Origin: a virus
Lineage: Duplodnaviria; Heunggongvirae; Uroviricota; Caudoviricetes
IMG/VR virus record: IMGVR_UViG_2713896777_000009
Length of the DNA: 15,296 bases
Direction: 5' to 3' (one strand)
The number at the start of each line of letters is the position of its first letter. The stretch's first letter is position 1. Under the pieces are notes generated by a model. It saw nothing but the letters and a program-made list of their open reading frames with translations. It was not told the DNA's origin and did not search any database. A program made the translations under genes and the position numbers. Of the stretch, positions 1 to 8,403 are shown one piece after another.

Positions 1-75
1 ATGATTAACAGCCCATGACAGGCAGACGATGATGCAGATAACCAGAGCGGAGATAATCGCGGTTACTCTGTTCAT
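1..75 (-). CDS. Rz: Rz i-spanin, N-terminal part only (runs off the window start); begins [25 protein letters not shown]
   Basis: Reverse complement of 1-75 gives an ATG at 75..73 overlapping the endolysin stop (ATGA), then a signal-anchor helix typical of lambda/P21 Rz. Truncated by the window edge. Confidence 0.8.
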   Translation of the reverse strand, partial: MNRVTAIISALVICIIVCLSWAVNH

Positions 76-523
76 TGCTGACCCCACAAACAGATTTCAC
101 GCTCAATCTCACGACGAGTCATGAGACCTTTCCATTGCTTACCGCCAGCATATGTCCAGCGACGTAGCTGATCACATGCGCCTTTGATATCGCCCTGGTT
201 TATTTTGCGAAGAAGCGTCGATGTTNNNNNNNNNNNNNNNNNNNNNNNNNNNNNNNNNNNNNNNNNNNNNNNNNNGCGACAGTGGCAAGGTCTTTATTCA
301 AGAGTGCTTTGCATTCTGCTTTGGTATACGTTTTACCGAGCATGATGTCTTTTCCTGTATGCCCGTGACATACAGTCCATACACCAACAATATCTTTGTA
401 TGGTATGTAGCTGACACCTTCCAGACCATCGTTACCACTTGGGCCAGTGATTAACACTGATGCTATAGCAATTGCTCCGCCACCAATAGCAGCAGCAACG
501 GCTTTTCGTAATGATGGAGGCAT
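72..523 (-). CDS. R: SAR endolysin (phage 21 R-like, T4-lysozyme fold) with an N-terminal signal-arrest-release helix; interrupted by the 226..275 assembly gap
   Basis: ORF track 200..523; N-terminus [27 protein letters not shown] is Gly/Ala-rich SAR-like, followed by [25 protein letters not shown]. Past the gap the frame resumes as [50 protein letters not shown], ending at the stop 72..74. ATG 523..521 overlaps the holin stop. True length is obscured by the N run. Confidence 0.88.
226..275. other. Assembly/scaffold gap (50 N) inside the endolysin gene
   Basis: Run of exactly 50 N; coding frame is consistent on both sides if roughly 96 nt are missing. Confidence 0.95.
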
Positions 524-738
524 TATTCACCTCTCGCAGCCTTGCGCTTATCTTCTTTAATCTTGAAATAAAGGTTTGTCAGGTACGTCAGCAGGCCAAA
601 TACCAGGCTACCCAGCACACCTATTGCTGCCCACTGTGAGGGCGTGACTTTATCGAGCAGCTGTAAAAACCAGTAACCGGCACTACCTGCTGAGGTGCCA
701 TAGGCGACACCCGTTGTTAACTTATCCATGGATTTCAT
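523..738 (-). CDS. S: Class II holin / pinholin (S21-like) with dual-start motif MKSM
   Basis: ORF 523..783; translation [71 protein letters not shown] has two TM helices and a charged C-terminus. ATG at 738 and 729 (Met1/Met4). RBS GAGGTGGGG lies upstream. Stop TAA overlaps the R start by 1 nt. Confidence 0.88.
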
Positions 739-875
739 AACCCCACCTCGCAGACAAAGCGGGTGTAAATTGAGGGAATACAACGTATCGCAAAAAAGCA
801 GAAACGTAACAGACTCGGAGTCAGTGAATAACTCAGGTATTGGGTTATCAGCTAATATCGAGACTCAAAAAATGG

Positions 876-900
876 AAAAACCCGCTCGACGGCGGGTTTA
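876..900 (-). terminator. Intrinsic terminator-like hairpin upstream of the lysis cassette (stem ACCCGC/GCGGGT, T-run on the minus strand)
   Basis: Plus strand reads aaaaACCCGCtcgacgGCGGGTtta; on the minus strand the stem is followed by TTTTTCCATTTTTT. Confidence 0.45.
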
Positions 901-1326
901 AGCTGTGTGACGAAGTAACCACTCTTAACAGCATAACCAATTTTTTACGTACGTAAACCACTAAATGATATTTGCGAGAATGCTACCGAGTATTGAAAAC
1001 ACCACTACAAATACATAAACAAATCTCAACAAATAACCAACAAATAATTTCCAGCGTTATTTTTAGCCGATTTAAATTGAACCTTCAAATTATAGGGCAC
1101 TTATAAATAACAGCCATTAATATAAATTGGCTAATAGATTTATTTTTATTCAGCCAAGAGCCATGAATAGGATTCGATAGAAAAAGTTCAGATAAAAATA
1201 GAGATCTACTTCACAAATCAAATGAGAAACCAAAACTTACATCTTGAAATAATCACATTGATTAGATGAATATTTATCGCGCAGTGACATCATTTTTTAA
1301 TAATAGTTCAAAAAAAAGGGCTCACG

Positions 1327-2409
1327 ATGAAAAAATTAACAGTGGCAATTTCTGCTGTAGCTGCATCAGTACTGATGGCGATGTCTGCTCAGGCAGCTGA
1401 AATTTATAATAAAGACAGTAACAAGCTGGATCTGTACGGGAAAGTTAATGCTAAGCACTACTTCTCCTCTAATGATGCAGATGATGGTGATACTACTTAT
1501 GCCCGTCTTGGCTTCAAAGGTGAAACCCAAATCAACGATCAACTGACTGGTTTCGGTCAGTGGGAATATGAATTCAAAGGCAACCGCGCTGAATCTCAAG
1601 GTTCCTCCAAAGATAAAACCCGTCTTGCCTTCGCTGGCCTGAAATTCGGTGACTACGGCTCCATCGATTATGGCCGTAACTACGGTGTAGCATACGATAT
1701 TGGTGCATGGACCGACGTTCTGCCAGAATTCGGTGGCGATACCTGGACCCAAACAGATGTATTCATGACTGGTCGCACCACAGGTGTTGCAACTTATCGT
1801 AACAATGACTTCTTTGGTCTGGTTGATGGTCTGAACTTTGCTGCTCAGTATCAGGGTAAAAATGACCGTACTGACGTAACTCAAGCTAATGGTGATGGTT
1901 TCGGTTTCTCCACTACTTATGAGTATGAAGGTTTCGGCGTAGGTGCAACCTATGCTAAATCTGATCGCACTAATAATCAGGTTATCTACGGTAACAACAG
2001 CCTGAATGCATCTGGTCAAAATGCTGAAGTATGGGCAGCTGGTCTGAAATATGATGCGAACAACATCTATCTGGCTACTACCTATTCTGAAACCCAAAAC
2101 ATGACTGTTTTTGGTAAAAACCATATTGCCAACAAAGCACAAAACTTCGAAGTAGTTGCACAATATCAGTTCGACTTCGGTCTGCGTCCGTCCGTTGCTT
2201 ATCTGCAATCTAAAGGGAAAGACTTGGGTGCTTGGGGTGATCAGGACCTGGTTGAATATATTGATGTAGGTGCAACCTATTACTTCAACAAAAATATGTC
2301 CACTTTTGTTGACTACAAAATCAACCTGATTGATAAGAGCGATTTCACGAAAGCATCTGGCGTTGCTACCGATGATATCGTTGCTGTAGGTATGGTTTAC
2401 CAGTTCTAA
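1327..2409 (+). CDS. nmpC: Outer-membrane general porin, OmpC/OmpF/PhoE family (prophage NmpC/OmpD-like); candidate lysogenic-conversion gene
   Basis: 360-aa ORF with signal peptide [23 protein letters not shown]|AE, Gly/Tyr-rich beta-barrel repeats and terminal aromatic YQF. RBS AAGGG before ATG 1327. Opposite strand to the flanking phage late genes. Confidence 0.93.
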   Translation: MKKLTVAISAVAASVLMAMSAQAAEIYNKDSNKLDLYGKVNAKHYFSSNDADDGDTTYARLGFKGETQINDQLTGFGQWEYEFKGNRAESQGSSKDKTRLAFAGLKFGDYGSIDYGRNYGVAYDIGAWTDVLPEFGGDTWTQTDVFMTGRTTGVATYRNNDFFGLVDGLNFAAQYQGKNDRTDVTQANGDGFGFSTTYEYEGFGVGATYAKSDRTNNQVIYGNNSLNASGQNAEVWAAGLKYDANNIYLATTYSETQNMTVFGKNHIANKAQNFEVVAQYQFDFGLRPSVAYLQSKGKDLGAWGDQDLVEYIDVGATYYFNKNMSTFVDYKINLIDKSDFTKASGVATDDIVAVGMVYQF

Positions 2410-2423
2410 TTTGATTACTAAAA

Positions 2424-2481
2424 CATATGTTGTGGGAGGCTTTGCCTCCCCAACATATAAGTGGCTCCCTCAAGCCACTTC
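2424..2481. terminator. Two tandem hairpins between the convergent porin and Q/late transcripts; likely bidirectional terminator (porin terminator and tR'-like)
   Basis: Hairpin 1 ATATGTTGTGGGAGG-ctttg-CCTCCCCAACATAT (2424..2459); hairpin 2 AAGTGGCT-ccctca-AGCCACTT (2460..2481). On the minus strand hairpin 1 is followed by GTTTTAGT. Confidence 0.55.
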
Positions 2482-2597
2482 CTTTAGAAGCACAACCTTG
2501 CTTCTAACTATATAAACCTTCTGTTATATATTACCCTTTATTTTTGGGGGCGTTTCAACGCCCCATTCTTAATAATTTTTAGTAAACAATTGGCATA
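2482..2597 (-). promoter_or_regulatory. Putative late promoter (pR'-like) and Q-utilisation region downstream of Q
   Basis: Position only: the intergenic stretch immediately downstream of Q and upstream of tR'-like hairpins. On the minus strand there is TTGAAA-18 nt-TAATAT and a GGGGCG/CGCCCC hairpin at 2544..2563. No experimental mapping. Confidence 0.3.
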
Positions 2598-2981
2598 TTA
2601 ATTAGAGTTATTAACAACGATATCCATCTCTAACCGGATATCTAATGCCATTAACATCCCTTCAATTATGCCCTCAGCCTTCTGTAACCTTTTCCCGATA
2701 TAACCATCAGAGCAGCAATGCTTACCTGCCAGTGACATGAATGTCATACCGACTACATAATAATCTACTAATAAATCGTGCAAATCGCTGTTGTTCTTTT
2801 TCAGACGGGCCATGCACCCGCAAATGATCATCGCGTCATCGTCACAACATTGCGGGCGAGATTTTACTTTTGAAGTAATTAATCCCTTAAAACCGGCGGC
2901 AATGGACGACCAGGTCACATCTTCATGATTATTAGCCGCCCACGCTCCCCAACGCTCAAGAACCATCTGAATATCACGCAT
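2598..2981 (-). CDS. quuD: Late-gene antitermination protein Q (DLP12 QuuD-like family, 127 aa)
   Basis: Translation [24 protein letters not shown]...[16 protein letters not shown]...; ATG at 2981 with GGAG RBS. The ORF-track start at 2996 is a TTG extension. Sits upstream of the lysis genes on the same strand. Confidence 0.78.
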   Translation of the reverse strand: MRDIQMVLERWGAWAANNHEDVTWSSIAAGFKGLITSKVKSRPQCCDDDAMIICGCMARLKKNNSDLHDLLVDYYVVGMTFMSLAGKHCCSDGYIGKRLQKAEGIIEGMLMALDIRLEMDIVVNNSN

Positions 2982-3066
2982 CAACTTACTCCACAAAAAT
3001 CAGACCAGAACGCCAATTACAAGCAAAAATCAACGAAACAGTATTAGTTGATTGTTATCTCTGACT

Positions 3067-3207
3067 TCATACTCCTGCTCCTGTCAGGGTTTTGGCGTAA
3101 TTCTTCAGTATTCGGTAATCGGTCAAAACAGAACCGGGGAAACGATATAAGCGCAGACGCCCCCAGCGGTGGCGAAGACGTTCTGCCATATAAAACTCAA
3201 ACATCAT
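3067..3207 (-). CDS. ylcG: Small nin-region protein (YlcG-like, about 46 aa)
   Basis: Manual translation [49 protein letters not shown] overlaps the rusA stop (ATGA), consistent with translational coupling. Below the ORF-track length cutoff. Confidence 0.5.
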   Translation of the reverse strand: MMFEFYMAERLRHRWGRLRLYRFPGSVLTDYRILKNYAKTLTGAGV

Positions 3208-3566
3208 TCATTCCCCATTTCGGTGATGGTCAGTTCCAGCCTCCCACCTTTGGTAACAGGCATCTTCACAACGCGGTAATCAACGACCTGAGCATCATCC
3301 AGCCAGAAACCTGCTTTAGTGAGTGCGTCAAAAGCGGCTTTTTGCAGATTATCCAGGTCACGGCGACGGCGATCCGGCATGTGGCACTCAATGCGGATTT
3401 TCACAGGCATAGCCAAGCCGATATCCAGCATTGCGTTTTTAATGATTCGGGCGACGTTATCGCGGTATGCCTGCCCCTCTGCGCTGACGTGCGTGCGCCC
3501 GCGATTATGGCGGTAATAGCGATTATTGCTCGGAGGCCAGGGTAATGTGATGCTGTAGGTATTCAC
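3204..3566 (-). CDS. rusA: Holliday-junction resolvase RusA (120 aa, GTG start)
   Basis: Translation (M)[122 protein letters not shown] start overlaps the ybcO stop (GTGA); RBS AGAGGGGG upstream. Confidence 0.85.
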   Translation of the reverse strand: MNTYSITLPWPPSNNRYYRHNRGRTHVSAEGQAYRDNVARIIKNAMLDIGLAMPVKIRIECHMPDRRRRDLDNLQKAAFDALTKAGFWLDDAQVVDYRVVKMPVTKGGRLELTITEMGNE

Positions 3567-3853
3567 GCCTTGATTACCCCCTCTTTCAGCCAGATAACCT
3601 GCGTTCTCGCCATACCTTCCAGCGCGCATTCTTTTGCGTACTCAGCATCGACAAAATGCGTGCGGCGGTCGATTTCGTCGTGACAGGCAGAACAGGCAAT
3701 GGTGGCAATAAGGTCTGGCGGTTTAATACCGGTGCCACACAGTCCAGCCAGCCGGATATGTGCCAGTACAGACGTTTCAGGGTTGCCATTGCATACGCCA
3801 GGGATTCTTACCTGGCATTCGCGACCACGCGCTGCTTTTCTCAAATCAGCCAT
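3563..3853 (-). CDS. ybcO: nin-region protein YbcO-like (Cys/His-rich, putative nuclease, DUF1364-like)
   Basis: Translation [99 protein letters not shown] 3853 preceded by AGGAGG and overlapping the ninE stop. Confidence 0.75.
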   Translation of the reverse strand: MADLRKAARGRECQVRIPGVCNGNPETSVLAHIRLAGLCGTGIKPPDLIATIACSACHDEIDRRTHFVDAEYAKECALEGMARTQVIWLKEGVIKA

Positions 3854-4016
3854 GATTCCTCCTTGCTGCCAGTCGCAACCATTTTTTATCAACCAGGCTG
3901 GCGGTATATCCGAGCAGTGTTGGTATTTCGGATGGTTTTAGCTCAGGCTTACGCTTACGACGATTTGGTACTCTGTAGATGTGTCCGTTCATGACACGAA
4001 TAAGCGGTGTAGCCAT
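3846..4016 (-). CDS. ninE: NinE (56 aa)
   Basis: Manual translation [59 protein letters not shown] overlaps the ybcN stop (TAATG). Below the ORF-track cutoff. Confidence 0.75.
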   Translation of the reverse strand: MATPLIRVMNGHIYRVPNRRKRKPELKPSEIPTLLGYTASLVDKKWLRLAARRNHG

Positions 4017-4471
4017 TACGCCTCCTGCTTGTCGCGCAGCAGCTGGAACTCGCAGCTCTGCGGAATAGTCAGGTGGCAGCCAATATTCATCGCCCAGGCT
4101 TCAACCTTACACAGGAAGACATACATCTCTCCGGTATCAAGATCGGAGGTATGGCGTAACGACTGGATAGTAGTGATTTCGCCGGTTACGACATCAACCA
4201 GGTCCTTGGTTTCATAACCGAGGTATGTGTGTTTGAGAGCATCTTTTACCCATGCTGCGGTAGCGAACGATTTCCCCCTGCGGATAAGGTATTCACTGAT
4301 TTCGCTGTACCACATGTGGCTAAGTGCATTCTGGGAAAGACTGCGTCTCTCGCGCCACGGTTTAAGCACCATGCGAAAGCACTTGCCGTCTTCCAAATAA
4401 GGCTGGAGCTGCTGACCGATAGCGGTGAAGTTACCGCGATGCAGTTTGATGCCGTCTTGTGGGAGGTTCAC
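4016..4471 (-). CDS. ybcN: NinB/Orf-family recombination protein (DLP12 YbcN-like), GTG start
   Basis: 151-aa [65 protein letters not shown]...; RBS GGAGGT 5 nt before GTG 4471. Confidence 0.8.
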   Translation of the reverse strand: MNLPQDGIKLHRGNFTAIGQQLQPYLEDGKCFRMVLKPWRERRSLSQNALSHMWYSEISEYLIRRGKSFATAAWVKDALKHTYLGYETKDLVDVVTGEITTIQSLRHTSDLDTGEMYVFLCKVEAWAMNIGCHLTIPQSCEFQLLRDKQEA

Positions 4472-4506
4472 GCTTCACCTCCGCAGAGGTCAAACGCTGG
4501 ATAAAG

Positions 4507-4599
4507 AAAATCGCAGGTGCATTTCTGCATCTGTGACGGGAGAAGATAGTTTAGATTGTATGTGCGCATAAACGTCCCCGTTTAGCGCAGAAGTCACCG
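4507..4599. repeat. 93-bp direct repeat, copy 1 (left boundary of the HEPN/Bro-N cargo segment)
   Basis: aaaatcgcaggtgcatttctgcatctgtgacgggagaagatagtttagattgtatgtgcgcataaacgtccccgtttagcgcagaagtcaccg matches 6829..6921 in the same orientation with about 5 mismatches. Contains an internal imperfect palindrome GCGCATAAACG/CGTTTAGCGC. Confidence 0.9.
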
Positions 4600-4620
4600 G
4601 AGGAGTTCAAACTCCGGTGA
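4591..4620. terminator. Perfect 9-bp stem hairpin (TCACCGGAG-gagttcaaa-CTCCGGTGA) at the end of repeat copy 1
   Basis: Inverted repeat read directly; only weak T-tracts flank it, so terminator function is uncertain. Confidence 0.35.
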
Positions 4621-4692
4621 CTTAATTATGACAAGTTGATTATTGAAAATCAAAAGTCATTTAAACAATAATGATACCCAGCAAGAGATTTC

Positions 4693-5094
4693 TTATTTTA
4701 ACTCATAGATCAGACAGTCAACGATTTCTAAACCATTTACCATAGAATTAGAAACGCGAACTTTACCATCGTTGACTCTAGCAAATCCTTTTAACATTTT
4801 ATAAACAAAAGCTGAATCCCCCTTAGCCTCAATTGCTTCTAATGGTATCGGCTTATACTTTTTTGATATGCTATTTCTATTTATCTCACTGATTTTTCTA
4901 TATATTTCTGCCGGCCCACGTTCTGAGAAGTCACTGATAACTAAAATATATCTCCAAGATAGATCTGGGTAATAAAACCACATTGCAGCATCAATAGTTA
5001 AATTCTGTAACTTGAGTTTTTTTAACAAAAATTGACCTGAGAATTCCATATCTTTTGTCAACTCTCTGCCGATTACCAGTGTGCTTTTACCCAT
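4693..5094 (-). CDS. Hypothetical protein (133 aa), downstream overlapping partner of the HEPN gene; no recognisable nucleotidyltransferase motif
   Basis: ORF MGKSTLVIGRELTKDMEFSGQFLLKKLKLQNL...; ATG 5094 with GGAG RBS 7 nt upstream, lying inside the last 22 nt of the HEPN gene in another frame. AT-rich, unlike flanking phage genes. Confidence 0.6.
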   Translation of the reverse strand: MGKSTLVIGRELTKDMEFSGQFLLKKLKLQNLTIDAAMWFYYPDLSWRYILVISDFSERGPAEIYRKISEINRNSISKKYKPIPLEAIEAKGDSAFVYKMLKGFARVNDGKVRVSNSMVNGLEIVDCLIYELK

Positions 5095-5489
5095 TTCAAA
5101 ACTCCAGAATTTTGGTCACCTACAGCATCAAACAATTGTTCGGCCATAGCTTTACTTATGTTATTGTCGTATCTAAATTGCTCGCTCCAGTCTTTAACGA
5201 CCGACCAGTTAATCTCCAACGAAACATCATTTTTTGCGTCAGCAATCAAAATTTGATGTAAGTTGGCAATTTTGAGAAGTTGCGACAAATCATGAGTATA
5301 TGAATCATTTACGACTTTTTTGTTTGGAAACTCATGTTGTAAAAATGACTTGGCAATACAGGCCTTCAATGCACATTCAACTGCATACCCACAAAGATAA
5401 TATGCACCATGAAAAAAGCCATGATCAAGCAAGCATTTGGCCTCATTAAGCCTAGTGTCAGATAATGCTTCAAGGTCGTTTTTATTCAT
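5073..5489 (-). CDS. HEPN-domain protein (138 aa; Pfam HEPN PF05168-like fold, without a clear Rx4-6H motif)
   Basis: Translation ...HGFFHGAYYLCGYAVECALKACIAK...YTHDLSQLLKIANL...EQFRYDNN... has HEPN-like helices, an H-D-L motif and an RY motif. Candidate sigma70 promoter upstream on the minus strand (-10 TATAAT 5523..5528, -35 TTCCTA 5547..5552). Confidence 0.62.
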   Translation of the reverse strand: MNKNDLEALSDTRLNEAKCLLDHGFFHGAYYLCGYAVECALKACIAKSFLQHEFPNKKVVNDSYTHDLSQLLKIANLHQILIADAKNDVSLEINWSVVKDWSEQFRYDNNISKAMAEQLFDAVGDQNSGVLKWVKAHW

Positions 5490-5788
5490 ACAATTATAAC
5501 TTGAATTATCCTAATTTTTATGATTATACCCTTATCAGGTATGATGTAGGAACTGAAAACAATATTGGATATCATTTTCGGTATTTCTCTGCAAATTCCA
5601 GCCCACAGGATCTCGGTGTACAATCTGTCGCTGATCGCGCAAATTTAGGGTCAATCACTTCATTTTTTGCATCAAACCCTCACTAACATCGAACGATTAT
5701 AGTACAAGTAGTGTTCTTGACTTCTCATTAAACCGTCAGCATTCAATTAATTACAAAATACTAGCGGCATTTCTCTCCCGCAACTTTA

Positions 5789-6397
5789 TTACAGCCGTTC
5801 AGAACGTAAATGCGTCAATACTCGACTCCACTTATCATCCTGCCACGGCCGGAATTTTACATGTGCCGTTTCTCTGGCAAGGATTGCCTGTGCCTTATTG
5901 AGTATCCGGGGATATTCTTGTTCGATTGAAGTGAAGCGACCGGCTTCGCGGTGTTCTGCTACCTGAAGAAGCGGAGTGACGTTTTGGCAAGCGGTTAACA
6001 TTGTGTCACTTGCCCGCCATAACCAAGCAAGTGTGCAAAGTTCGTTATCAGTGAATTGTTTTGTGATTGGGGATTGTTGAATTTCTCGATCGAGAATATC
6101 CAGCACCCAGCGGCGGAATTCTTTGGCCACAGGAGTGCGGGCGAACATGGCGATCAGATGGGCGCCACGGAGGGAGAAAATGCGAGTCTTCTTACGATAA
6201 TTTCCTGAGGTCGTTGATTCGACGACCTGAGACATTCCGTCAGTAAACTCATCAATATTTTTGTTGTAGATGTCGGTTACTGCTTTGGTGCTGGCATATT
6301 TTAATGCTGCCGCCAATTCTTTGCTGGTAAACCAGATCTGGTTGTTGTGATTTATAGGAGTGAATTTTACATCGCGGAATGCGAGCTGAGTGACCAT
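5789..6397 (-). CDS. Bro-N domain protein (phage antirepressor/KilA-type N-terminal domain) with an uncharacterised C-terminal domain; start uncertain (ATG 6397 or 6532)
   Basis: Translation from MVTQLAFRDVKFTPINHNNQIWFTSKELAAALKY...RIFSLRGAHLIAMFARTPVAKEFRRWVLDIL matches the Bro-N pattern. The ORF-track start 6634 is TTG and spans a minus-strand terminator, so the long form was rejected. Confidence 0.68.
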   Translation of the reverse strand: MVTQLAFRDVKFTPINHNNQIWFTSKELAAALKYASTKAVTDIYNKNIDEFTDGMSQVVESTTSGNYRKKTRIFSLRGAHLIAMFARTPVAKEFRRWVLDILDREIQQSPITKQFTDNELCTLAWLWRASDTMLTACQNVTPLLQVAEHREAGRFTSIEQEYPRILNKAQAILARETAHVKFRPWQDDKWSRVLTHLRSERL

Positions 6398-6560
6398 AGC
6401 GATAATCTCGTTTTGAATTTGAGCTATCACCACCGACGACGCCAATCGACTGGTGGTGGACTGTGCAAGGTTGGCGTAACCGGTCAAAACGAAATCCGGC
6501 GCTTCCGAAGAAGCCCTCACACAGCCCACCATAATTTTTGTGTAGACGTGCACTGCGCAT

Positions 6561-6586
6561 AAAAAAACCGCGAACGCGGTTATGCG
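6561..6586 (-). terminator. Intrinsic terminator on the minus strand (stem ACCGCG/CGCGGT followed by U7)
   Basis: Plus strand aaaaaaACCGCGaaCGCGGTtatgcg; on the minus strand the hairpin is followed by TTTTTTT. Confidence 0.5.
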
Positions 6587-6828
6587 TCGTTTTGATGTCC
6601 GGGACGCCAATCCCGTGTGCCGATTTTGCGGCAACGCACAGAATATAGCGCCGGATAAATAATGTCGTCAACCCTTGCATATGGGGGGCGCGATGATCAC
6701 TACTACCACCATAATCGCTCCAACTGTTGCAACTACTTTAGGCTAAGACATCACGATTTCCATATCACCTTTAGCCGCCAGACAAACAGAGACTCCCTGT
6801 TCTTGGCTGCCAAAAACACCGAATGCAA

Positions 6829-6921
6829 AAAATCGCAGGTGTATTTCTGCATCTGTGGAGGGAGAAGAGAGTTTGGATTGTATGTGCGCATAAACGTCCC
6901 CGTTTAGCGCAGAAGTCACCG
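6829..6921. repeat. 93-bp direct repeat, copy 2 (right boundary of the HEPN/Bro-N cargo segment)
   Basis: Aligns base for base with 4507..4599 (about 88 of 93 identical). Confidence 0.9.
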
Positions 6922-7149
6922 TAGTTGTTCATATTCTGATGACATGATAATTTCCTATTGAATAGAAAAAATTAACACGACTCATTCTTATGACTGGAAA
7001 AAGCAATCATGCTAATAATCATTGTTGTTCCAGTTCCAAATGCAGCGAAATAATCACCAATATTTTTTCTACCGGTTTCGACTTTGATGCTATATTCTGC
7101 TAACACCTAACTAACACTACGTTTCACACAGCAATTACATGGAAATAAC

Positions 7150-7497
7150 ATGACTATCAAAGCGACTGACATAGAGATTCTTCATCGTTATGCTGAAGGG
7201 GTAATGGAACGTTCTAACCATCATGCAAAAAATGTTGGTGCAGCCGCTCTTACATTGCTAGGAGGTGTTATCTGGAAAGCCCTGCCCGGATCAATCGAGA
7301 TAAGAACGTATAACGGAAGTCTTGCAAATATGGTGTGGTGGCAAAGCGAAAGAACATTAAAAAATTATGCAATCTCATACAACCATAATTCATGTGAAAT
7401 TGAAATGAGAGATGAATCAGTCAAAGGTGCTGTATTATTTAGCATTTCCAACGAAACCACTCCAGAAAAAATATTATCACAGCTTTCTGAGCTTTAA
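7150..7497 (+). CDS. Hypothetical protein (115 aa), opposite strand to the early-right operon, between P and the nin region; moron-like
   Basis: ORF MTIKATDIEILHRYAEGVMERSNHHAKNVGAAALTLLGGVIWKALPG...; preceded by 230 bp of AT-rich sequence and followed by a GC hairpin at 7502..7519. No family recognised. Confidence 0.55.
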   Translation: MTIKATDIEILHRYAEGVMERSNHHAKNVGAAALTLLGGVIWKALPGSIEIRTYNGSLANMVWWQSERTLKNYAISYNHNSCEIEMRDESVKGAVLFSISNETTPEKILSQLSEL

Positions 7498-7501
7498 TTA
7501 A

Positions 7502-7519
7502 AGGCGGTGCTAACACCGC
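7502..7519. terminator. Hairpin GGCGGTG-ctaa-CACCGCC between the convergent 115-aa gene and P; U-tract on the minus strand
   Basis: Inverted repeat read directly; on the minus strand it is followed by TTTAATTAAAG. Confidence 0.45.
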
Positions 7520-7701
7520 CCATACCATTACTCCACATCTTACGCAACTTGATAATTATGCTCTATTAAATACCCACAATATTTCATCAATGCATGGGTC
7601 AGCTACAAAATGTTTACCGTGGTAATTCCTGTTTTCGCAACATCTCAAAAGAACAATAAACACTGTATTTCTTCAAGTAACGAAGAATCTTTCTTTGCCC
7701 G

Positions 7702-8403
7702 TCATACACTTGCTCCTTTCAGCCCAAACTTAGCTTTGATTTCTGCGATCTTCGCCAGAGCCTGTGCACGATTTAGAGGTCTACCGCCCATAACAGGAAG
7801 TTGTTTTACTGGTTCAGGTATCGTCTCACCACGGTTAATTCGCGCTGTCATACAGGTCAGTTCATCGGCAGCCTTGCGCCGTAATTCCGCGTCAGTCAGC
7901 GCATTGGCCCGCATGTTCTGGTACAGGTTGGTAACCAACCAGTAATGCGCGTTCGATTTCCACGGATAAGACTCTGCATCCGGATACAGGCCACGCTTCC
8001 GGCAATACTCGTAAACCATATCAACCAGCTCGCTGACGTTTGGCAGCCCGGCGTTAACGGATGCTTCTTCCCGGCACCATGCAACAAACTGCCCGGGTGA
8101 TGGCAGAAATGGTCTATTCTGCCGACGGGCAACACGCATTCCGGCGCTCACCTGTTCCATCGTGGTGATCCCGTTTTCCCGGAAAGCCAGAACCCACTGG
8201 CGGCGGATTTCGTTCAGTTCGTTCTGGTCACGATTAGCCAGGCTCGCCGGGAAAGTTGCCAGTAACTGGCTGAATACACCGTTGATTATCTGCGCTACCT
8301 GCTGTACCTGCGGCTTTTCGTCGTACTGTTCCGGCATGTTGTTGGCGATCCGACGCATCTGCTCACGGTCAAAGTTAATCATCTGTGCGGCGATGTTTTT
8401 CAT
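7702..8403 (-). CDS. P: Replication protein P (lambda P-like helicase loader, 233 aa)
   Basis: Translation MKNIAAQMINFDREQMRRIANNMPEQYDEKPQVQQVAQIINGVFSQLLATFPASLANRDQNE...AKIAEIKAKFGLKGASV is near-identical to lambda P as I recall it. ATG 8403 overlaps the O stop (ATGA). Confidence 0.93.
   Translation of the reverse strand: MKNIAAQMINFDREQMRRIANNMPEQYDEKPQVQQVAQIINGVFSQLLATFPASLANRDQNELNEIRRQWVLAFRENGITTMEQVSAGMRVARRQNRPFLPSPGQFVAWCREEASVNAGLPNVSELVDMVYEYCRKRGLYPDAESYPWKSNAHYWLVTNLYQNMRANALTDAELRRKAADELTCMTARINRGETIPEPVKQLPVMGGRPLNRAQALAKIAEIKAKFGLKGASV

Noticed and set aside
1366-2208. 280-aa ORF on the minus strand, antisense within the porin gene
   Set aside because: Fully embedded antisense to a strongly supported porin CDS; the translation is low-complexity (Ile/Thr/Ser-rich) with no recognisable domain or RBS. 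Treated as a chance antisense ORF.
2982-2996. N-terminal extension of Q (MWSKL) in the ORF track
   Set aside because: The extension begins at a TTG codon; the ATG at 2981 has a GGAG RBS and gives the conserved 127-aa Q length.
3048-3545. 165-aa plus-strand ORF (with nested 3319..3516) antisense to ylcG and rusA
   Set aside because: Overlaps two well-supported minus-strand genes that have RBSs and coupled overlaps; no start context; judged spurious.
6398-6680. Long N-terminal extension of the Bro-N ORF (start 6634) and overlapping ORF 6252..6680
   Set aside because: The 6634 start is TTG, the extension spans a minus-strand intrinsic terminator (6561..6586), and the Bro-N homology begins only near the ATG at 6397. 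ATG 6532 remains a possible alternative start.
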